NCBI GenBank assembly: GCA_036378185.1
Contig: DASUWX010000234.1
Coordinates: 17,120 to 81,119, forward strand
Length of the DNA stretch: 64,000 bases
Reading direction: 5' to 3'
Source: Streptosporangiales bacterium
Lineage (GTDB): Bacteria; Actinomycetota; Actinomycetes; Streptosporangiales; WHST01
In this document: in pieces, positions 59,038 to 64,000 of the stretch
Position numbering within the stretch: the first letter of the stretch is position 1
Layout of the letters: each line of letters begins with the position of its first letter
Notes under the pieces: model-generated
The model's database searches: none
Told to the model about the DNA's origin: nothing
Seen by the model: the letters and a program-made list of their open reading frames with translations, nothing else
Program-made: the position numbers and the translations under genes

Positions 59038-59991
59038 ATGAGTGAGATCCTCGTACTCGTCGACCACGCCGACGGCGCGGTCAAGAAGGTCACCCTCGAG
59101 CTGCTGACGCTCGCGCGCCGGTTCGGCGAGCCCGCCGCGGTGTTCGTCGGCCAGGGCTACGACAACGCGAAGTCCATCCTGGCCGAGTACGGCGCCACCA
59201 AGGTCTACGTCGCCGACGACGCCGAGCTCACCGACTTCGTCATCGCGCCGAAGGTCGCGGTGCTCGCGTCGCTGGTGCAGGACAAGCACCCCGCGGGTGT
59301 CCTGCTCCCGTCCAGCGCCGACGGCAAGGAGATCGCCGGCCGGCTCGCGGTACGCGTCGGCACCGGCGTCATCACCGACGCCGTCGACGTCCGCGAGGGG
59401 TTCGTCTGCGAGCAGTCGGTGTTCGGCGGCGCCACCGTGGTGCAGTCGAAGGTGCGCACGGGCGTGCCGGTCATCACGGTGCGGCCCAACTCCACGGCGC
59501 CCGAGGCCGCCCCCGGCGAGCCGGCCGAGGAGCAGGTCTCGGTCACCCTGTCCGACGCCGACAAGGCCGCGCGGATCACCGAGCGGGTCGAGGTGGAGAA
59601 GAGCGAGCGCCCCGACCTCGCGGAGGCGTCGATCGTCGTGTCCGGCGGCCGCGGCGTCGGCTCGGGCGAGAACTTCGCGATCATCGAGGCGCTGGCGGAC
59701 GCGCTCGGCGCAGCCGTCGGCGCGTCCCGGGCGGCGACGGACGCGGGCTGGTACCCGCACCAGTTCCAGGTCGGGCAGACCGGCAGGACCGTCTCGCCGC
59801 AGCTGTACCTCGCCGCGGGCATCTCCGGCGCGATCCAGCACCGCGCCGGCATGCAGACGTCCAAGACGATCGTGGTCGTCAACAAGGACCCCGAGGCGCC
59901 GCTGTTCGAGATCGCCGACTTCGGCGTCGTGGGCGACCTGAACAAGGTCGTGCCGCAGCTCACCGAGGAAGTCAAGAAGCGCAAGGCCTGA
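59038..59991 (+). CDS. etfA: Electron transfer flavoprotein alpha subunit
   Basis: C-terminal FAD-binding region (VVSGGRGVG ... SRAATDAGWYPHQFQVGQTGRTVSPQLYLAAGISGAIQH). Confidence 0.95.
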   Translation: MSEILVLVDHADGAVKKVTLELLTLARRFGEPAAVFVGQGYDNAKSILAEYGATKVYVADDAELTDFVIAPKVAVLASLVQDKHPAGVLLPSSADGKEIAGRLAVRVGTGVITDAVDVREGFVCEQSVFGGATVVQSKVRTGVPVITVRPNSTAPEAAPGEPAEEQVSVTLSDADKAARITERVEVEKSERPDLAEASIVVSGGRGVGSGENFAIIEALADALGAAVGASRAATDAGWYPHQFQVGQTGRTVSPQLYLAAGISGAIQHRAGMQTSKTIVVVNKDPEAPLFEIADFGVVGDLNKVVPQLTEEVKKRKA

Positions 59992-60004
59992 GCCCGGCCC
60001 GAAG

Positions 60005-60056
60005 CCGGCAGGGGCACCCTGACCGCGTCATGCCCCGGTGAGGGTGCCCCTGTCGG
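60005..60056 (+). repeat. REP-like hairpin element, copy 3 (CAGGGGCACCCT-N20-AGGGTGCCCCTG, extendable to 16 bp)
   Basis: Begins 14 nt after the etfA stop. GGGGCAC and GTGCCCC are spaced 26 nt apart as in copy 1. The loop shares ACCGCG...CCGGTG with copy 2. Confidence 0.7.
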
Positions 60057-60079
60057 GTTCCTGCCTAAGCTTGGTGCCG

Positions 60080-61270
60080 ATGGCCTACCTCGACCACGCA
60101 GCGACGACCCCGATGCTCCCCGCGGCGATCGCCGCGATGACAGCCGAGCTCGGGAGGGTCGGCAACCCCTCCTCCCTGCACACCCCGGGCCGCGCCGCCC
60201 GCCGCGTCGTCGAAGAGGCGAGGGAGGCGCTCGCCGAGGGCGTCGGCGCCCGGCCCGGCGAGGTCGTGTTCACCTCGGGCGGCACCGAGGCCGACAACCT
60301 GGCGGTGAAGGGCCTGTACTGGTCCCGCGCGGCCGCGGACGGCCGCCGGCGCCGCGTCCTGGTCGGGGCGGGGGAGCACCACGCCGTCCTGGACGCCGCC
60401 ACCTGGCTGGGCCGCGAGCAGGGCGCGCGGGTGGAGACGTTGCCCCTGGACGCCGTCGGCCGGGTGCGGCTCGACGCGCTGGCCGAGAGCCTGGCCCGCG
60501 ATCCCGACGACGTCGCGCTGGTGTCGGTGCTGTGGGCCAACAACGAGGTCGGCACGGTTCAGCCGGTGGCCGAGATCGTCGGGCTCGCGCACTCGTACGG
60601 GGTCCCCGTGCACAGCGACGCGGTGCAGGCCGTGGGTCAGCTCGACGTCGACTTCGCCGCCAGCGGCCTCGACGCGCTCACCGTCACCGGCCACAAGATC
60701 GGCGGCCCGGTCGGCGCCGGGGCGCTCGTGCTGCGCCGCGACGCCGACGTGACGCCGGTGCTGCACGGCGGCGGCCAGGAGCGGGACGTCCGCTCCGGCA
60801 CGCTGGACGCGGCGGCGTACGCCGGGTTCGCCAGGGCGATGACCGAGGTGGTGGCCCGCCGGGCCGACGAGCGGGAGCGGCTGGCCCTGCTGCGCGATGA
60901 GCTGATCCGCCGGGTCCGCGCCGCGGTGCCCGACGCCGAGCTGAACGGCGACCCCGACCCCGCAGGAAGGCTGCCGGGCAACGCGCACTTCTCCTTCCCC
61001 GGTTGCGAGGGCGACTCGCTGCTGCTCCTGCTCGACGCCCAGGACGTCTTCTGTTCCACCGGGTCCGCGTGTTCCGCGGGCGTCGCCGAGCCGTCGCACG
61101 TGCTGCTCGCGATGGGCGCGAGCGAGGAACGGGCGCGCGGCTCGTTGCGGTTCTCGCTCGGCCACACGTCCACGCAGGCCGACGTCGACGCCGTCGCCGC
61201 GGCGATCGGCCCGGCGGTCGAACGCGCCCGCCGCGCCGGCGTCGCGTCGCGCCGGGCGGCCGCCTCGTAG
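60080..61270 (+). CDS. Cysteine desulfurase (class V aminotransferase, NifS/IscS-like)
   Basis: ATG 60080 ([11 protein letters not shown]). PLP lysine GHKIGGP and catalytic Cys loop STGSACSAG. Confidence 0.92.
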   Translation: MAYLDHAATTPMLPAAIAAMTAELGRVGNPSSLHTPGRAARRVVEEAREALAEGVGARPGEVVFTSGGTEADNLAVKGLYWSRAAADGRRRRVLVGAGEHHAVLDAATWLGREQGARVETLPLDAVGRVRLDALAESLARDPDDVALVSVLWANNEVGTVQPVAEIVGLAHSYGVPVHSDAVQAVGQLDVDFAASGLDALTVTGHKIGGPVGAGALVLRRDADVTPVLHGGGQERDVRSGTLDAAAYAGFARAMTEVVARRADERERLALLRDELIRRVRAAVPDAELNGDPDPAGRLPGNAHFSFPGCEGDSLLLLLDAQDVFCSTGSACSAGVAEPSHVLLAMGASEERARGSLRFSLGHTSTQADVDAVAAAIGPAVERARRAGVASRRAAAS

Positions 61271-61280
61271 GCTGTCGGCG

Positions 61281-61394
61281 ATGACAGTGTCTCCCGCCTG
61301 CCTCCCGCGCTCCGCTCCTCGCTCAGGTGCGGAGATCCCGCGCGTGCCAGGTCGCGTTCTCGCTGCGGTGCTCACGCGGGAGGCCGGCTCGTGA
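61281..61394 (+). repeat. MIRU-like intercistronic repeat, copy B, with a 37-codon bridging ORF
   Basis: ATG 61281 lies 10 nt after the desulfurase TAG, and TGA 61392-61394 overlaps the mnmA GTG 61391 (GTGA). Peptide [37 protein letters not shown]. Confidence 0.75.
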
Positions 61395-62485
61395 CCTCGA
61401 CGCTACGCGTGCTCGCCGCGATGTCCGGCGGCGTCGACTCCGCCGTGGCCGCGGCGCGCGCCGCCGACGCCGGGCACGACGTCACCGGCGTGCACCTGGC
61501 GCTGTCGCGCAACCCGCAGTCGTACCGCTCCGGTGCGCGCGGCTGCTGCACGCTGGAGGACGCGCGGGACGCGAGGCGCGCCGCCGACGTCATCGGCATC
61601 CCGTTCTACGTGTGGGACATGGCCGAGCAGTTCCACGCCTCCGTCGTCGACGACTTCCTCGACGAGTACGCCGCCGGCCGCACGCCGAACCCGTGCCTGC
61701 GCTGCAACGAGCGGATCAAGTTCGCGGCGGTGCTCGACAAGGCCCTGGCGCTCGGCTTCGACGCCGTCTGCACCGGCCACTACGCGATCCTGCGCGACGG
61801 CGCCCTGTACCGCGCGGTCGACCCCGACAAGGACCAGTCGTACGTGCTCGGCGTGCTGACGGCAGAGCAGCTGGCGCACGCGATGTTCCCGCTCGGCGAC
61901 ACCCGCAAGACCGACGTGCGGGCCGAGGCCGAGCGCCGCGGGCTCGCGGTGGCCGACAAGCCGGACAGCCACGACATCTGCTTCATCCCGAGCGGCGACA
62001 CGGCGGGCTGGCTCGTCGACCGGCTCGGCTCGGCGCCGGGCGACGTCGTCGACGAGGACGGCCGGGTCGTCGGCGGCCACGACGGCGCATACGCCTACAC
62101 CGTCGGGCAGCGCAGGGGACTCGGCCTCACCCGTCCGGCGCCGGACGGGCGGCCGCGGTACGTGCTGGCGGTCCGGCCGGTCGAGCGGACCGTCACCGTA
62201 GGGCCGCGCGAGGCACTGCGGGTCGACCGCATCGTCGGCGTCCGCCCGCGGTGGGCGGGCGCGGTGCCCGTCGGGCCCGTCGAATGCCACGCGCAGCTGC
62301 GCGCGCACGGCGAGGTGCACCCCGCCGTCGCGGAGCTCGCCGGCGGCGAGCTCGCCGTGTCGCTGGCCGAGCCGGTCGAGGGCGTCGCTCCCGGCCAGGC
62401 CGTGGTGCTCTACGCCGGCGACGAGCGGGTCATCGGCTCGGCGACCATCGACCGCACCCGGCGCGCGGCCGAGGTCTCCGCGTGA
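61391..62485 (+). CDS. mnmA: tRNA-specific 2-thiouridylase
   Basis: PP-loop [13 protein letters not shown] and conserved CxxC region ([12 protein letters not shown]). Follows a cysteine desulfurase, which is typical. Confidence 0.95.
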   Translation: MTSTLRVLAAMSGGVDSAVAAARAADAGHDVTGVHLALSRNPQSYRSGARGCCTLEDARDARRAADVIGIPFYVWDMAEQFHASVVDDFLDEYAAGRTPNPCLRCNERIKFAAVLDKALALGFDAVCTGHYAILRDGALYRAVDPDKDQSYVLGVLTAEQLAHAMFPLGDTRKTDVRAEAERRGLAVADKPDSHDICFIPSGDTAGWLVDRLGSAPGDVVDEDGRVVGGHDGAYAYTVGQRRGLGLTRPAPDGRPRYVLAVRPVERTVTVGPREALRVDRIVGVRPRWAGAVPVGPVECHAQLRAHGEVHPAVAELAGGELAVSLAEPVEGVAPGQAVVLYAGDERVIGSATIDRTRRAAEVSA

Positions 62486-63180
62486 GTCGGCTGCCCCTCG
62501 TCGCCTGGGACGTGGACAAGACGTTGATCGAGGCGGGGCCGGCCGGCAGCGAGATCATGGACGTCGCCGTCAGCCGGACGTTGGAGCGCGTGCTCGAGCA
62601 CGAGGTCCGGTTCGGCGGCAAGACCGACCCGCGCATCGCCGCGGAGATCCTCGCCGCCGGCGGCGTCCCGCTGCCGCACGACGGGCACGTCGCCACCGTG
62701 CTCGCCCATCTCGAGGACGTGCTGCGTGAGCGCGCGCACCTGCTCGCCGAACAGGGCCGGGTGCTGCCGGGCGTCCGGGAGACGCTGAAGCGGCTGCACG
62801 ACCTCGGCGCCGTGCAGACCGTGTTGACCGGCAACATCCGGCCGAACGCCCTCGTCAAGGTCGCGGCGTTCGGGCTGGACGAGTTCCTCGACCTGGAGAT
62901 CGGCGCGTTCGGCAGCGACCACGCGTCGCGTCCGCGGCTGTTGCCGCTCGTACTCGAGCGTGCGGCGCTGAAGTACGGCCACGCCTGGACACCGGACCGC
63001 ACCTGGGTCGTCGGCGACACCGAGTTCGACCACGAGTGCGCGGTCGCGTCCGGTGCCCGCTGCCTGCTCGTCGCCACCGGCAGGGTCGACTACGACACGC
63101 TGAGCGCGCTCGGCGCCGACGCCGTCCGGCACGACCTGTCCGACGTCGACGCCGTGGTGTCGCTGCTCAGCTCTGCGTGA
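62482..63180 (+). CDS. HAD-superfamily hydrolase
   Basis: GTG 62482 overlaps the mnmA stop. Motif I WDVDKT, motif II-like TGN, motif IV-like GDTEFD. Confidence 0.75.
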   Translation: MSRLPLVAWDVDKTLIEAGPAGSEIMDVAVSRTLERVLEHEVRFGGKTDPRIAAEILAAGGVPLPHDGHVATVLAHLEDVLRERAHLLAEQGRVLPGVRETLKRLHDLGAVQTVLTGNIRPNALVKVAAFGLDEFLDLEIGAFGSDHASRPRLLPLVLERAALKYGHAWTPDRTWVVGDTEFDHECAVASGARCLLVATGRVDYDTLSALGADAVRHDLSDVDAVVSLLSSA

Positions 63181-64000
63181 GCCGGTCGAAGGCCCAGATA
63201 CTCGTCTTCGCGCCGAGCAGCCGGATCGGCAGCAGGTCGGTGCGGCGCAGCCCGGGCGGCACCGCCGGCCGCGGCAGGTCGGGGACGAGCAGCACGACCC
63301 GCCCGCCTGGGCGGGTGACCCGCGCCGCCTCCGCGACGACGGCGCGCAGCCACGCGGTGCGGTCTCCGGGCACCCGGTACTGGCGGCCGAACGGCAGGTT
63401 GCCGACGTACGCGGCCACGCCCGCGTCGGCGACGTCGAGATGCCTCGCGTCGCCGGTACGCACCGAGGCCGCGGGGACGTTCTCGGCGGCCGCGCGTACC
63501 GCGTCCGGGTCGATGTCCACGCCGGCGGGACGCCAACCGACGGCGGCCGCCTCGGCGAGGATCGTGCCGGAACCGCAGCACCCGTCGAGCAGAGTGCCGT
63601 CGGGCGCGCCGGCGAGCCGCACCATCGCCGCCGCGACGGCGGGACGCAACGCGCCCTCGCGCTCGACCCGCCTGCCGTCGCGCCGGCGCATCGCGGCGCC
63701 GGACAGCCGGAGCCCGGCGACGAACCGGCCGGGCCGGTACTCGACCGCCCAGGCCTCGAGCCGTGCCGGGTCGTCGCCGCGCCAGCGCGGCCGATCCCGT
63801 CCGATCGTCTCGGTGAGCCGCCGGCGCAGCTCGGTGCGGAGGAACCCGCGTTCGTCCAGTACCCGCGCCACGACGCGGAACGTCAGCGACGCGGTCAGCG
63901 GGCCCGCCTCCTCGGCCCAGGCGGAAAGCGCCTTCTGCACGAGCTCGCCCTGCCACAGCCGGCGCGCCACCGCCGCGGCCGAGTCGCCCTCGCCCCGACG
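63167..64000 (-). CDS. SAM-dependent (RNA) methyltransferase, UPF0020/THUMP-associated type (5' end probably beyond the window)
   Basis: Motif I DGCCGSGTILAEAA and motif IV GNLPFG. The frame stays open from 63970 to base 64000, so the listed GTG 63970 may not be the true start. Confidence 0.7.
   Translation of the reverse strand, partial: RRGEGDSAAAVARRLWQGELVQKALSAWAEEAGPLTASLTFRVVARVLDERGFLRTELRRRLTETIGRDRPRWRGDDPARLEAWAVEYRPGRFVAGLRLSGAAMRRRDGRRVEREGALRPAVAAAMVRLAGAPDGTLLDGCCGSGTILAEAAAVGWRPAGVDIDPDAVRAAAENVPAASVRTGDARHLDVADAGVAAYVGNLPFGRQYRVPGDRTAWLRAVVAEAARVTRPGGRVVLLVPDLPRPAVPPGLRRTDLLPIRLLGAKTSIWAFDRLTQS

Overview
High-GC, densely coding actinobacterial chromosomal segment with about 56 protein genes. 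I found no rRNA, tRNA, CRISPR array, transposase or integrase. All product calls come from motif and family recognition by eye, since no searches were run.

Gene content in order:
- (1) The 3' part of a peptide-type ABC importer operon: two permeases and a fused double ATPase, followed by an alpha/beta-hydrolase and an amidase-signature enzyme.
- (2) Small regulator/membrane modules: DUF2127 divergent from MarR, a methyltransferase, TetR plus a membrane protein, and XRE-cupin divergent from a flavin oxidoreductase.
- (3) A complete kdp locus on the minus strand (extra small ORF, kdpF, A, B, C, D, E).
- (4) A stand-alone hpnH-like radical-SAM gene plus a lipoprotein.
- (5) An IcmA-type acyl-CoA mutase large subunit and a thioredoxin/TPR (YbbN-like) gene.
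- (6) An uncharacterised esterase / esterase / ATP-grasp operon.
- (7) The GlgE alpha-glucan pathway (glgE-treS-pep2-glgB) extended by two YcxB-like membrane genes. It is separated from glgP by a three-gene insertion: a decayed DUF222 gene behind a perfect LexA box, a P-loop kinase, and an NTase/DUF4037 protein.
- (8) A second, complete peptide ABC operon ending in a gamma-glutamyltransferase-family gene and a GntR regulator.
- (9) Enoyl-CoA hydratase, two methyltransferases, a hexapeptide acyltransferase, a GNAT + NDP-forming acyl-CoA synthetase (Pat-like) protein, EI24-like protein, etfBA, cysteine desulfurase-mnmA, a HAD hydrolase and a partial RNA-methyltransferase-like gene.

The most unusual signals are non-coding:
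- (a) Two copies of a 116-bp MIRU-like intercistronic repeat. Each carries a 37-codon ORF whose ATG and TGA mesh with the flanking stop/start codons (45607..45720 and 61281..61394).
- (b) An unrelated analogous spacer at 600..704.
- (c) A family of three GGGGCAC-N25/26-GTGCCCC hairpin elements.
- (d) A roughly 135-nt low-GC rod-like hairpin in front of the kdp leader.
- (e) A 32-bp perfect palindrome at 57214..57245.
- (f) A perfect actinobacterial SOS box on the decayed DUF222 gene.

The best candidate for an uncharacterised protein system is the esterase-esterase-ATP-grasp operon beside the alpha-glucan genes. The kinase + nucleotidyltransferase pair is second.
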